Origin: Candidatus Enterenecus avicola
Lineage (GTDB): Bacteria > Bacillota > Clostridia > Oscillospirales > Oscillospiraceae
DNA: 46,671 nt
Reading direction: 5' to 3'
NCBI GenBank assembly: GCA_018715985.1
Contig: DVKO01000114.1
Coordinates: 1 to 46,671 of the forward strand
Position numbers and translations under genes: made by a program. Under the pieces are notes generated by a model. That model did not search any database and was not told the origin of the DNA. It worked only from the letters and a program-made list of their open reading frames with translations. Each line of letters opens with the position of its first letter. Within the stretch, counting starts at the first letter, position 1. Of the stretch, positions 17,969 to 27,237 are shown in pieces.

Positions 17969-18409
17969 TTACCCTGCCAACACTTCGCAGCGCAGCACCT
18001 CAGGCAATTCCCGCAGCGTGGACAGCAGGTCCTCCAACTCCATGCTCAGCCCGGATGTCTCCAGGCCCAGCGTCACCGCCGCAGACTCTCCGCCCGGAAT
18101 GGCCTGGGTGATGGTAAGCACATTCCCGCCCCAATCCGCAAACATATTCAGCACTCCGGACAGTGCGCCGGGCTGATTGCGCAGCAAAATTTGAATGGTC
18201 ACAATACGTCCGTGCAGCATATCGCGAAAGGGCCGCACTGCATCTTTATATTTGTAAAATGCACTCCGGCTAATGCCCACACGCTGGGTGGCCGCATTCA
18301 CCGTCTGCGCCTCTCCGGTCTCCAACATCCTCTTGGCATCGGCCACCTTCAAATAAATTTCCGGCAAAGCCGATGCCTCAACGATGAAATACCTGGGTCT
18401 TTGCGACAT
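17969..18409 (-). CDS. ACT-domain protein (UPF0735; PheB/ThrR-like regulator)
   Basis: LPE...KV..AK.LLE.G, ISRSAFYKYKD HTH-like segment and a C-terminal ACT domain; heads the hom-lysC operon. Confidence 0.85.
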   Translation of the reverse strand: MSQRPRYFIVEASALPEIYLKVADAKRMLETGEAQTVNAATQRVGISRSAFYKYKDAVRPFRDMLHGRIVTIQILLRNQPGALSGVLNMFADWGGNVLTITQAIPGGESAAVTLGLETSGLSMELEDLLSTLRELPEVLRCEVLAG

Positions 18410-18464
18410 AGATTTGATCCTCCCTTTCACAGAGCACTTCACTGATGTCTTTCTGTTGTGGTCT

Positions 18465-18493
18465 ATTGTATCACGTAGATGGACAGATGGCAA
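18465..18493 (-). promoter_or_regulatory. Sigma-A promoter of the ACT-hom-lysC operon
   Basis: Minus-strand TTGCCA-N17-TACAAT. Confidence 0.65.
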
Positions 18494-18566
18494 TTTCCTT
18501 TTTCACGCATTTTATACAAAGTTACACCCCTCATCCTCCCGGTTTCTGTGTGATTGGTGGAGAGGC

Positions 18567-18602
18567 AAAAATACTCCCCGGCCTATGGTCGGGGAGTATT
18601 TG
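18567..18602 (-). terminator. Terminator after the PBP gene
   Basis: AAAAATACTCCCCG/CGGGGAGTATTT stem. Confidence 0.8.
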
Positions 18603-18625
18603 GGTATGCTGCACGGAAGATTCCG

Positions 18626-21364
18626 TCAGTCGTCCGGTTCCTGTGAAGTGCTGGGCTCTGGCTCCGGATCCTGGCTGACGCTGGGTTCCGGCGAGGTTGT
18701 CGGCTCACTGGGGGGCAGTGACGGTGAGGGCTCTGGCTGTGCCTCTGTGTGCACCGTGCACGCGCCGTCATTTTCCAGGCCATCAAAAATGGACATCAAT
18801 GCGTAGTAGTCCAGAATGGTAGCTCCATTGCCTGCCGGTTCCCGCTTATAATCCACCATATACACCTGCTTCACCGTCTCCTCCGGACAGTAGGGCCCGG
18901 CTTTGTGGTAGGCACCTGTGGGATTGCCCTTGGCATCGAGAATGGGGCAGTCGGTACAGATGGACACCGGCACATGGCAGGTGCAGTGCTGGGTGGGCAC
19001 ATCGCTGCTGAGCAGGACCATGTTGGTTACCCGGCTGCCGCGAATATCCTGAGAGCACCCGTCTGTGGCCAACTGGCCGCAGTCCTTGCAGATGCTCACG
19101 GTCACCAGTCCCGCAGGATCGGTAAAGGACTCCTGAGGCAGGTTCTCATGGACGCGGCTCATCACCTTCTGCCACAGAATGGTGGACGGGCTGGGCCACA
19201 TGTCGCCGATGCTCTCGCTGTTGGGATAGCCGATCCACACCGCAGCGGTGTAGTGCTTGGTGTAGCCCGCGAACCACTGGTCGTTGGCGGCATCGGTGGT
19301 ACCCGTCTTACCGGCCACCACCTGGCCTGAGATGCGGGCGGCGGTACCAGTACCGTTGCTGACTACGTTGGTGAGCATCTGGTTGATATAATAGGTGGTG
19401 CGCTGCTCCAGGATCAGTTCCGTAGAGGGCACATTGTCAATGAGCACGTTGCCGTCGTGGTCCTTCACCGTCAGGTACGTGGTGGCCTCAGTAAAGGCGC
19501 CGTCCCGGGGGAAGGTGGCATAGGCAGCGGCCATCTCAAAGGTGGAGATACCCTTGGTCAGACCACCCACAGCCAGCTGGCTGTAGCCCAGGTCGGTCTT
19601 TACCTCCCCGTTCTCCAACACCATTTCATCCACCATCGTGGAGATCTTGAACTTCTCCGTCATATATTCGTAGGAGGTCTGGAAGCCCAGCTTCTCCAGC
19701 ACGTTGGCGGAGACGGTGTTGATGGACTGGGTGACACCCTCCAGCACCGTGGTCAGGCCTCGATACTTGAGCGGAGAGTTCTTCAGCCAATAGGAGCCCA
19801 TCCAACGGGGCACATCGTCGGTGACGGTATTGGGGGTGATAAGGTGCTCATTGATGGCCGGGGCGTACACAGCCAAAGGCTTGATGGACGAACCGGGCTG
19901 ACGCACCGTATCCGTAGCGTAGCTCCAGCCCCGGTTGATGGTCTTTTCGCCCACGTCGCCGCCAATGGCCACCACGTAGCCCGTGGTGTTGTCCACCACG
20001 GTGATGCCGGACTTCATCTCCTGGCCCGAGCTGGAGATATAATTGAGGTTGCTCTTGTCGTTGTATACCTCGTCCACAGCCGCCTGCACGTCCGGATCAT
20101 AGGGGACGACAATCTGTAGGCCGCCGCTGTATACCATCTTGGTCACCACTTCATAGGAGAGATTCGTCTGCTCCATGAGATCCTTGGTGACCTCGTCGAT
20201 GACCGCCTCCACATACCAAGAGTAAATGGTCTGGGTGCTGGTGTTGGCGTTGTGCTGAGCCTCGGTCTCCTCGTCCCAGTCACTGCGGAATACCAACTCC
20301 TGTTCCTTGGCCTCCTGAATCACCTGGGCGTCATAGACCTTGTCTCCCATGGTATCCGGGTCCGACATCAGGTTCAGGATGGTCTCTTGCCGGAGCTTAT
20401 TGTAGTCACGAGCCGTCCACACGGTGCCGTCGTCAAAGCTGTCCTTCGCTCCGCACTCAGAACACACATCATCCTTGGTCAGAGAATACGCCTTGCAGTT
20501 GGAACACTGATAACGAGTGACCTCCAAGGTGGAGTAGGGGCTATACAGAGAGGGGTTGTTGGTGATGCCGGCCAGGCTGGCACACTCGGCCAGGGACAGC
20601 TCGGACACATCCTTGCCAAAATACACCTGGGCCGCAGATTGCACGCCGTAACACCCCTGTCCCAGGAAGATCTCATTGAGATAGTAGGTGAGGATCTCTT
20701 CCTTGGAGTAATTTTTCTCCAATTCCAGAGCGGTGAAGATCTCCAGAATTTTACGTTTGACCGTTACGTCATCGTATTCTGTAATATTCTTTACCAGCTG
20801 CTGGGTGAGGGTAGAACCGCCGAAGGTATTTCTCATGCCGATAAACATATTCACAAAAGCTCCGGCCGTGCGATACCAGTCCACACCGTTGTGCTCGTAG
20901 AAGCGATGGTCCTCCACTGCCACCACGGCGTTGATCAGGTCTTGCGGAATGTCCTCGTAGTCCACCCACTGGCGGTTTTCCGCACCCACCAGGGTCTGCA
21001 ATTCCACCAACTGTCCATCTTTCTCATAGGAAATCACAGAGTTTTCGTTGAGGGTATACGCAGACAAATCCAGTGTGGCCTCTGGGATGATGACCGACTT
21101 GATATACACCGCGGCATAGCAAGCCATAAACGCCCCGGTCACGATGCCCAGCAGCAGCAGAGTGCCCAGCACTTTGCCGACGCGCAGGGCTATGGCCGCC
21201 CCCCTGGACTTCGTTTTCTTCTCCCCGGCACCGCTGTGGCCCTGTCCTGCGTGGCTCTGACTGTGCGCCGTTTTCCCCGCACTGTGGTCCTGGGTCCGGG
21301 ATGTGTCGTGTCGACGCCTGGGCCTGCGCTCCGGTGAGGGCCGATGTTGATTCATCTCTGACAT
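18626..21364 (-). CDS. Class A penicillin-binding protein (transglycosylase/transpeptidase) with Cys-rich insertions
   Basis: EDHRFYEH.GVD, GGSTLTQQLVKN, RK..E and YLN.I..G (GT51); S.IK (GSSIKP), SIN and KTGT (transpeptidase). Confidence 0.92.
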   Translation of the reverse strand: MSEMNQHRPSPERRPRRRHDTSRTQDHSAGKTAHSQSHAGQGHSGAGEKKTKSRGAAIALRVGKVLGTLLLLGIVTGAFMACYAAVYIKSVIIPEATLDLSAYTLNENSVISYEKDGQLVELQTLVGAENRQWVDYEDIPQDLINAVVAVEDHRFYEHNGVDWYRTAGAFVNMFIGMRNTFGGSTLTQQLVKNITEYDDVTVKRKILEIFTALELEKNYSKEEILTYYLNEIFLGQGCYGVQSAAQVYFGKDVSELSLAECASLAGITNNPSLYSPYSTLEVTRYQCSNCKAYSLTKDDVCSECGAKDSFDDGTVWTARDYNKLRQETILNLMSDPDTMGDKVYDAQVIQEAKEQELVFRSDWDEETEAQHNANTSTQTIYSWYVEAVIDEVTKDLMEQTNLSYEVVTKMVYSGGLQIVVPYDPDVQAAVDEVYNDKSNLNYISSSGQEMKSGITVVDNTTGYVVAIGGDVGEKTINRGWSYATDTVRQPGSSIKPLAVYAPAINEHLITPNTVTDDVPRWMGSYWLKNSPLKYRGLTTVLEGVTQSINTVSANVLEKLGFQTSYEYMTEKFKISTMVDEMVLENGEVKTDLGYSQLAVGGLTKGISTFEMAAAYATFPRDGAFTEATTYLTVKDHDGNVLIDNVPSTELILEQRTTYYINQMLTNVVSNGTGTAARISGQVVAGKTGTTDAANDQWFAGYTKHYTAAVWIGYPNSESIGDMWPSPSTILWQKVMSRVHENLPQESFTDPAGLVTVSICKDCGQLATDGCSQDIRGSRVTNMVLLSSDVPTQHCTCHVPVSICTDCPILDAKGNPTGAYHKAGPYCPEETVKQVYMVDYKREPAGNGATILDYYALMSIFDGLENDGACTVHTEAQPEPSPSLPPSEPTTSPEPSVSQDPEPEPSTSQEPDD

Positions 21365-21507
21365 ATTGGGTACCTCCGATGTATTGGGGCGAACGCTCGC
21401 CCACGTTGTCTTCCTGTTTTCGGCTATGGTTTACATTCATGTCCAATCTGACATTGATTCCTGTACAACTTAGAAATTGTCACACATCTCCAGAATGAAC
21501 TCCAGGT

Positions 21508-21536
21508 ATTATAGCACATACCCCCTGATTTGTCCA
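21508..21536 (-). promoter_or_regulatory. Sigma-A promoter of the PBP gene
   Basis: Minus-strand TGGACA-N17-TATAAT with extended -10 TG. Confidence 0.6.
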
Positions 21537-21590
21537 CCCTCCCCCCTGTGCCGCCCCACGCCTTCGCCTTTCTTTTCTCAATTCTCCCCC

Positions 21591-21619
21591 TTGCAATTTT
21601 TCCTCATTCCAGTTACAAT
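21591..21619 (+). promoter_or_regulatory. Sigma-A promoter of the DUF1292 gene (possibly also of 6S RNA)
   Basis: TTGCAA-N17-TACAAT. Confidence 0.6.
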
Positions 21620-21669
21620 GAAACCAGCGAAAGAGATTCGCCCCAATAAGCCAAGGAGGACTTCAAGGC

Positions 21670-21957
21670 ATGAGCGAAGAATTTGGACCTGATTTTGTCA
21701 CCGTCACCGACGAGGACGGCAACGAATTTGAACTGGAGCATCTGGGCACACTGGAGTATAAGGACAACACCTATATGGCCTTTGTCCCTGCAGATATGGA
21801 CGAGGATGATGAGGACTTTGGCCTCATTCTTCTGCGCGTGGCAGAGGACAATGGAGAGCAGATTCTGGCCGACATCGACGACCAGACCGAACTGGACGAA
21901 GTCTATGAGCAGTTTATGACAGAGTTGTTCGCAGAGGACGAAGAAACCTCGGAATGA
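21670..21957 (+). CDS. DUF1292 family acidic protein
   Basis: T.TDEDG.E.E.E.L...EY....Y and L..I.D..E...V...F pattern; AAGGAGG RBS. Confidence 0.85.
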   Translation: MSEEFGPDFVTVTDEDGNEFELEHLGTLEYKDNTYMAFVPADMDEDDEDFGLILLRVAEDNGEQILADIDDQTELDEVYEQFMTELFAEDEETSE

Positions 21958-21964
21958 CCTGTTT

Positions 21965-22158
21965 TCCCTGCCTTGTCTCGTGACCACTTTTTTAAAACCC
22001 ACATCTCTATAACGGGACGTCCCCTCATCTGGCGGAACGCAGGCCTCCCGGTCCTCTTCGGAGGGTCCCGGATGTTGGAAGTGTAGAACCCAGATGGAGA
22101 CGACCCACCTGCATTTGCGTGCAGGTTTTTAATTGAGTGGCACGGCTATGGCGGGGGT
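21965..22158 (+). ncRNA. ssrS: 6S RNA
   Basis: Long self-complementary rod (5' CCCTGCC..CGTG.CCACTT..TAAAACC pairs with 3' GGTTTTTAA..AGTGG.CACGG..GGCGGGG) with a central bubble and the Firmicutes-type ACCCACCTG...GCAGGTT...CACGGC motif. Confidence 0.85.
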
Positions 22159-22169
22159 CTTGAATCATC

Positions 22170-22200
22170 AGCGATGCGGGGTGATCTGCATCGCTTTTTT
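22170..22200 (+). terminator. Terminator after 6S RNA
   Basis: AGCGATGCGG/CTGCATCGCT stem followed by a T run. Confidence 0.8.
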
Positions 22201-22236
22201 ATTTGCGGTTTTTCCCTGCCAATTTCTGATTTTTTC

Positions 22237-22265
22237 TTGAAAGCTCTGCCCCGCCGTGCTATAAT
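22237..22265 (+). promoter_or_regulatory. Sigma-A promoter of the foldase gene
   Basis: TTGAAA-N17-TATAAT with extended -10 TG. Confidence 0.7.
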
Positions 22266-22351
22266 ATGCCCGTTCGGCGCATCCTATGGTTTAGGTGCGC
22301 CGATGTCCCCATGTGTGAGGACATCACTGCTAACTTGAGAGGATTGATACC

Positions 22352-23899
22352 ATGAGCGCATCCAGAGAGAAGAAGCAGCGCCAGGGCGTTGCCCCTTCTG
22401 ACAAGAACGCCAAAGCCCGTTCCGAACAGGCCGCTTACAAACGCAAGGTCCGTACTTACACCGCCATTGGCGTTGTGGTCGTGATCTTGGTGGCCGCCCT
22501 GCTCACCTGGAACTCCGGTTTTTTTCAGCGCCGAGCCACCGCTGCGACCATCGGTGATTACAATCTGACGGTGTCGGAGCTGAGCTACTACTACAACGGC
22601 GTTCGTTCCGTCTATGCCAACTACGGCATTATCGACAACACCAAGGCTGACAACGATCAGATGTACAATGCGGATGAGGGTCAGACCTACCGGGACTACT
22701 TCCTGGAGTCCGCTCTAAGCCAGGCCCAGACCACCAAGGCCCGCTATGATGCCGCCCTGGAGGCAGGCTACACCCTGGACGATGTTCAAGAGGATCTGGA
22801 CGCTGAGATCCAGTCTGTCAAGGATGCCGCCTCTTCCGGTCTGTACAGCTATTCTGCCTATCTGAAGAATATGTACGGCCGCTACATGACTGTGGGCACC
22901 TTTGAGGATCTGGTGGCCCAGGGGCTGCTGGCCACCAAGTACTACAACGACACTCTGGAGCAGACCTCTGACGGGTTCACCGACGAGGATCTGAACACCT
23001 ACTATCAGGAGCACAAGGACGATGTGGATACCTTCGAGTACTCCTACCTCTACTTTAAGGCTGACGACGTGGAAGATACCGATGCCGAAGGCAACACCCT
23101 GTCCAATGACGAGGTGTCCAAGCTGAAGGAAGAGGCTATGGCCGCTGCCAAAACGAAGGCCGACGAAGCGCTGGCGGACTATCAGGGCGGCACCTCTGTG
23201 GCCAAGCTGATCGCCCAGACTTCTCCCACCGACTCCAAGGACCACACCACCGTTGTGGGCACCAGCACCCTGTCCAGCATCTACAAGGATGAGCTGCTGG
23301 AGCTGGACCAGGATGCCGCTGTGATCGTGGAAAACGCAGACGCCGGCTATTATCTGGTCATCAACCACGGCCGCTATCAGAACACTGAGACTCCCGCCAC
23401 CATCCGCGACATTCTCATCCAGGCCGAGGCTACCACCGACGAGGACGGCAACACCTCCGCTCCCTCCCAGGAAGCCTGGGATGCCGCCAAGGCCAAGGCC
23501 GACGAAGTGATGGCCAAGTGGGAGGAGAGCGACAAGACCGCTGAGGCCTTTGGCAAGCTGGCCGAGGAGTACTCCGACAGCTCCACCGCCTCCAACGGCG
23601 GCCTGACCACCGGTGTGACCTCCGGCACCCTCAGCGACGACCGGGAGAGCTGGCTGTTTGAGGAGGACCGCACTGCCGGCGATGTGACCTGTGTGCAGCA
23701 CCAGGACAACCCGGATTCCTCCACAGCCTACTGGGGCTATCACATCACCTACTTCCAGGAGTGGGAAGAAGAGTCCTGGAAGCAGACCGTCCGCTCTGCC
23801 CTGACCAGCGATGCCATGACCGAATGGTCTGACAATCTGCTGGGCGGCGACGCCTACGCCATCAATCAGGCTGACGGCGCCAAGTACTTCGGTTTCTAA
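22352..23899 (+). CDS. Membrane-anchored peptidyl-prolyl isomerase (PrsA/SurA-like, parvulin domains)
   Basis: N-terminal TM anchor; parvulin-like AK.KA......W, F..LA.EYS.S....NGG and WGYHI motifs. Confidence 0.75.
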   Translation: MSASREKKQRQGVAPSDKNAKARSEQAAYKRKVRTYTAIGVVVVILVAALLTWNSGFFQRRATAATIGDYNLTVSELSYYYNGVRSVYANYGIIDNTKADNDQMYNADEGQTYRDYFLESALSQAQTTKARYDAALEAGYTLDDVQEDLDAEIQSVKDAASSGLYSYSAYLKNMYGRYMTVGTFEDLVAQGLLATKYYNDTLEQTSDGFTDEDLNTYYQEHKDDVDTFEYSYLYFKADDVEDTDAEGNTLSNDEVSKLKEEAMAAAKTKADEALADYQGGTSVAKLIAQTSPTDSKDHTTVVGTSTLSSIYKDELLELDQDAAVIVENADAGYYLVINHGRYQNTETPATIRDILIQAEATTDEDGNTSAPSQEAWDAAKAKADEVMAKWEESDKTAEAFGKLAEEYSDSSTASNGGLTTGVTSGTLSDDRESWLFEEDRTAGDVTCVQHQDNPDSSTAYWGYHITYFQEWEEESWKQTVRSALTSDAMTEWSDNLLGGDAYAINQADGAKYFGF

Positions 23900-23912
23900 T
23901 TGACGGTATCTC

Positions 23913-23949
23913 TTTCCCCGGCGTACTTGATACGCCGGGGAAACTTTTT
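23913..23949 (+). terminator. Intrinsic terminator
   Basis: TTTCCCCGGCGTA/TACGCCGGGGAAA followed by CTTTTT. Confidence 0.75.
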
Positions 23950-23963
23950 ATCAGGAGGTTTGT

Positions 23964-24689
23964 ATGGAAGACCAATTCATTCGCACCCGGATGCTGCTGG
24001 GAGACGAGGCCATCCAGCGGCTGCAAACCAGCCACGTGGCCGTCTTTGGCCTGGGCGGCGTAGGCAGCTGGTGCGCGGAGGCCCTGTGCCGCTCCGGGGT
24101 GGGCGAGCTGACCCTCGTCGACCTGGATGAGCTGTCGGTGAGCAACATCAACCGCCAGTCCTTTGCCGTCCACTCCACCGTGGGGATGAAAAAAGCGGAG
24201 GCCGCCGCCCTCCGCCTCCACGACATCTCCCCCACCTGTCAGCTTCACCCTGTGGCCGCCCGGTACGAGGCCCAGACCAGGGACGCATTTTTTAACCGCC
24301 CCTACGACTGCATCGTGGATGCCATCGACCTGGTCTCCTGCAAACTGGATCTCATTGAGACCGCCCACGCTCGCGGCATTCCCATAATTTCCGCTATGGG
24401 CACCGGAAACAAGCTGGACGCCCAGCAGCTGCACATCTCCGACCTGTCCAAAACCCAGGGGTGTCCCCTGGCCCGCATTGTGCGCAAAGAATTGAAAGCC
24501 CGGGGGATCATCCACCACCCTGTGGTGTTCTCCCCCGAGCTTCCTCACCGGGCCAACGACGGAAGTGAAACCCCTCCGCCTGGCCGCCGTTCCATTCCTG
24601 CCAGCTCCATGTGGGTGCCTGCCAGCGCAGGCCTGTTGCTGGCCCAATGGGTCATCTCTCTGCTCTCCGGCGTTCCCAAACGCCCCTGA
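23964..24689 (+). CDS. tcdA: ThiF-family tRNA threonylcarbamoyladenosine dehydratase
   Basis: FGLGGVGS, SNINRQ, DAID, ISAMG.GNK and CPLAR..RK motifs. Confidence 0.85.
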   Translation: MEDQFIRTRMLLGDEAIQRLQTSHVAVFGLGGVGSWCAEALCRSGVGELTLVDLDELSVSNINRQSFAVHSTVGMKKAEAAALRLHDISPTCQLHPVAARYEAQTRDAFFNRPYDCIVDAIDLVSCKLDLIETAHARGIPIISAMGTGNKLDAQQLHISDLSKTQGCPLARIVRKELKARGIIHHPVVFSPELPHRANDGSETPPPGRRSIPASSMWVPASAGLLLAQWVISLLSGVPKRP

Positions 24690-25215
24690 GCCACGGGACC
24701 AGACGGCTGGCCAGCACCCCGCACACCGTGCCAATGACCATTCCCGCCACCACATCGGTGGGGAAATGCACCCCCACATACAGCCGGGACAATCCCATCA
24801 AGGCCGCAGCAGCGATTGCTGCGGCCTTTGCCCATTTCTGGGGCAGCGTCAGGCACAGCGCCACACCGAAGGCAAAGGCCGCCGTGGTGTGCCCGGATGG
24901 AAAGGAATTGGGGTCTGAGCTGGTAACCAGCGAGGCAAATCCATCCATGACCACCCACGGTCTGGCCCGGGTGACCAGCGGCTTGATGGTCAGATTTGTC
25001 ACCACCATTCCCAGGGCCATAGCTGTCAGGGCCGTTGCCCCGCTCCACCGAGTCTTGCGGATGGCAAACAGCAGCACCGCAACGGCAATAAAGCCCAGCC
25101 CCGCATTGCCCAGGCTGGTGTAAACCGACACCAGGGGGTTCAACCAGTCCATACGGATATTCTGGGCGATCCACCACAGGATGGACTCATCCAGATGTTG
25201 TATTGCTTCCAACAT
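24652..25215 (-). CDS. PAP2-family phosphatase
   Basis: K......RP, SFPSGH and SRLY.GVHFP.DV motifs; AAGGAG RBS. Confidence 0.9.
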   Translation of the reverse strand: MLEAIQHLDESILWWIAQNIRMDWLNPLVSVYTSLGNAGLGFIAVAVLLFAIRKTRWSGATALTAMALGMVVTNLTIKPLVTRARPWVVMDGFASLVTSSDPNSFPSGHTTAAFAFGVALCLTLPQKWAKAAAIAAAALMGLSRLYVGVHFPTDVVAGMVIGTVCGVLASRLVPWLRGVWERRRAER

Positions 25216-25348
25216 GGTACATACTCCTTCCCTTGACCAATCGGCCAAGCGTATTGTATAATTCTTGATAGGGCAAAATACGATTTATTCTACTGTATTT
25301 CCCCTGGACTTGCAAGAACATTTCCACGTTTACTTTGAGGTGAGTGAC

Positions 25349-26428
25349 ATGAAGCAACTGCTCTGCCTGTCCCATACTCCATGGCAGGCTCGCCCCAACC
25401 GCACGCAACAGCTGCTGGCCCGGCTGACCGATGTTCAAATTCTCTTTTTTGAACCGCCCTCTCCCCACCGGGCTTCCAACCCCAAGCAGGGCCGTAAAAT
25501 GCGTCCCCACATCACCGTCTACACCCTCCCCACTCCCATGCTGGCCCGCTGGGAGAACCCTGCCATTCAAAGGCGCAATGATACCCGGGCAGCGGACTTT
25601 ATCCAGCGAATTCTAGCCCACCACCATTTTGTGGAGCCGGTGCTCTGGTGTACCAGTCCCCAGCACTCCATCTTCCTGGACCACATGGCGTACAGCGGCC
25701 TCATCTACGACTGTTATCGGGAATGGCCGGAGGAGTACCTGGACCAAGAGAGCGACCTCACCTGCCACGCTGACGTGGTGTTCGCCGCCTCACCCGGCCT
25801 GGTGCAGCGCCTCTCTCCCTGCAATGACAGTGTGGTTCTCCTCCCCAACGGCGTCAACGACCGGATGTTCACCCGCTCCGGTCTCACCGTTCCCATTCAG
25901 TTGTCCCAGCTCTCCTCCCCGGTTTTGGGGCGGGTGGGAGACATCAACGGTCGGCTGGAGTTGGAGCCCATGCTGCGGGCTGCCCGGACCCACCCGGAAT
26001 GGACCTTTCTACTCATGGGCCGCGTGACCTCCGGTGTGAAGGTACACCTCAAGGCCTACCCCAACATCATCCTCACCGGGCCTGTCAACCCGGTGGAACT
26101 GCCCGATTATCTGTTTGCCTGTGATGTGGTGTTCGACCTGTTCCGCACCGACCTCAAGGGAAGCGACGTGATCCCCTCCCGCATCTACGAATATCTTGCG
26201 TCCGGGAAGCCCATTGTGACCATGATTGAACCGGACCAGGTGGAGCCATTCCCCGATGTGATCTACACCGCTTACGATTCCTCTGGATTCATCCGACGCT
26301 GCCGCAAAGCCCTGGAGGAGGAGTCCTCCCTGGCCGCCCCCCGCAGGCAGGAGTACGCCCGGCAGGCTTCCTGGGCGGGAAGGGCCCGGACCGTCATGGA
26401 AATTCTGGAGCACACCGGGTTATTCTGA
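25349..26428 (+). CDS. Glycosyltransferase (GT-B fold, TuaH-like)
   Basis: W..R..R.Q, IYDC, ADVVF..S..L, PNGV, P..IYEYLA.GKPIV and SW..R motifs. Confidence 0.8.
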   Translation: MKQLLCLSHTPWQARPNRTQQLLARLTDVQILFFEPPSPHRASNPKQGRKMRPHITVYTLPTPMLARWENPAIQRRNDTRAADFIQRILAHHHFVEPVLWCTSPQHSIFLDHMAYSGLIYDCYREWPEEYLDQESDLTCHADVVFAASPGLVQRLSPCNDSVVLLPNGVNDRMFTRSGLTVPIQLSQLSSPVLGRVGDINGRLELEPMLRAARTHPEWTFLLMGRVTSGVKVHLKAYPNIILTGPVNPVELPDYLFACDVVFDLFRTDLKGSDVIPSRIYEYLASGKPIVTMIEPDQVEPFPDVIYTAYDSSGFIRRCRKALEEESSLAAPRRQEYARQASWAGRARTVMEILEHTGLF

Positions 26429-26490
26429 CCAGCGGCACTGGAACTTGTTCCCTGTGAGATTGTATAAGCTCACAAAAAATTTTTTATGCC

Positions 26491-26668
26491 TTGATTTGCA
26501 CAGGAATTTATGTATAGAATAAAGGTACTTTTTGTAGAGAGGTGTTGCCCTGTGAAGGCCGAGCATTTTTCTGTTGCATCCGGTTTGATTCAGGGCATCT
26601 CTGCGTCCAAATTCCGCCAATAATCCAACAGGCCGACTACGCTGGTGTGGTTGGCCTGTTTGCTTTTT
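26491..26668 (+). promoter_or_regulatory. purE promoter and structured 5' leader with an intrinsic terminator (attenuator-like)
   Basis: TTGATT-N18-TAGAAT; long stem 26534-26604; terminator stem 26627-26660 plus TGCTTTTT upstream of the purE RBS. Confidence 0.5.
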
Positions 26669-26698
26669 GGCCTGCGTTTTGTAAAGGAGAATGGAACA

Positions 26699-27199
26699 AT
26701 GAGTAAAAAAGTTGCAGTTATCATGGGTTCTGACTCAGATTGGCCCGTGGTGAAGGGCGCCTGTCAGCAGCTTGCCCTGTATGGCATTCCCTACGAGGCT
26801 CACATCATGAGCGCTCACCGTACACCGGCCCAGGCTGCAGAGTTCGCCCGCTCCGCCCGTCAAAACGGCTTTGGCGTGATTATCTGCGCTGCCGGTATGG
26901 CCGCTCATCTGGCCGGCGCCTTTGCCGGAAATTCCACCCTCCCTGTCATCGGCATCCCCCTCAAGGGCGGCGCCATGGATGGCCTGGACGCTCTGCTGGC
27001 CACGGTACAGATGCCCAGCGGCATCCCTGTGGCCACCGTTGCCCTGAACGGCGCCAAGAATGCCGCTGTGCTGGCCGCCCAGATCCTGGCCGTGTCCGAT
27101 GACGATCTGGCTTCCCGCCTGGACTCCGACCGTCAGATCATGGCTGCCCAGATTGCCGCCAAAGAGGACAAGCTCCAGCAGGAGATCTCCCAACTGTAA
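26699..27199 (+). CDS. purE: N5-carboxyaminoimidazole ribonucleotide mutase / AIR carboxylase
   Basis: [28 protein letters not shown] and [12 protein letters not shown] motifs. Confidence 0.96.
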   Translation: MSKKVAVIMGSDSDWPVVKGACQQLALYGIPYEAHIMSAHRTPAQAAEFARSARQNGFGVIICAAGMAAHLAGAFAGNSTLPVIGIPLKGGAMDGLDALLATVQMPSGIPVATVALNGAKNAAVLAAQILAVSDDDLASRLDSDRQIMAAQIAAKEDKLQQEISQL

Positions 27200-27237
27200 T
27201 TCCCACCACTTGGACATAGAGAAAGGACGAGTTTATC

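Noticed and set aside
24652-24689. Convergent 38-bp overlap of tcdA and the PAP2 gene
   Set aside because: Common in compact genomes; no evidence of a regulatory role.
26600-26645. Guanine riboswitch upstream of purE (CCGACTACG resembles its 3' end)
   Set aside because: The TATAAT, ATATGG, GTTTCTACC and CCGTAAA core elements are absent.
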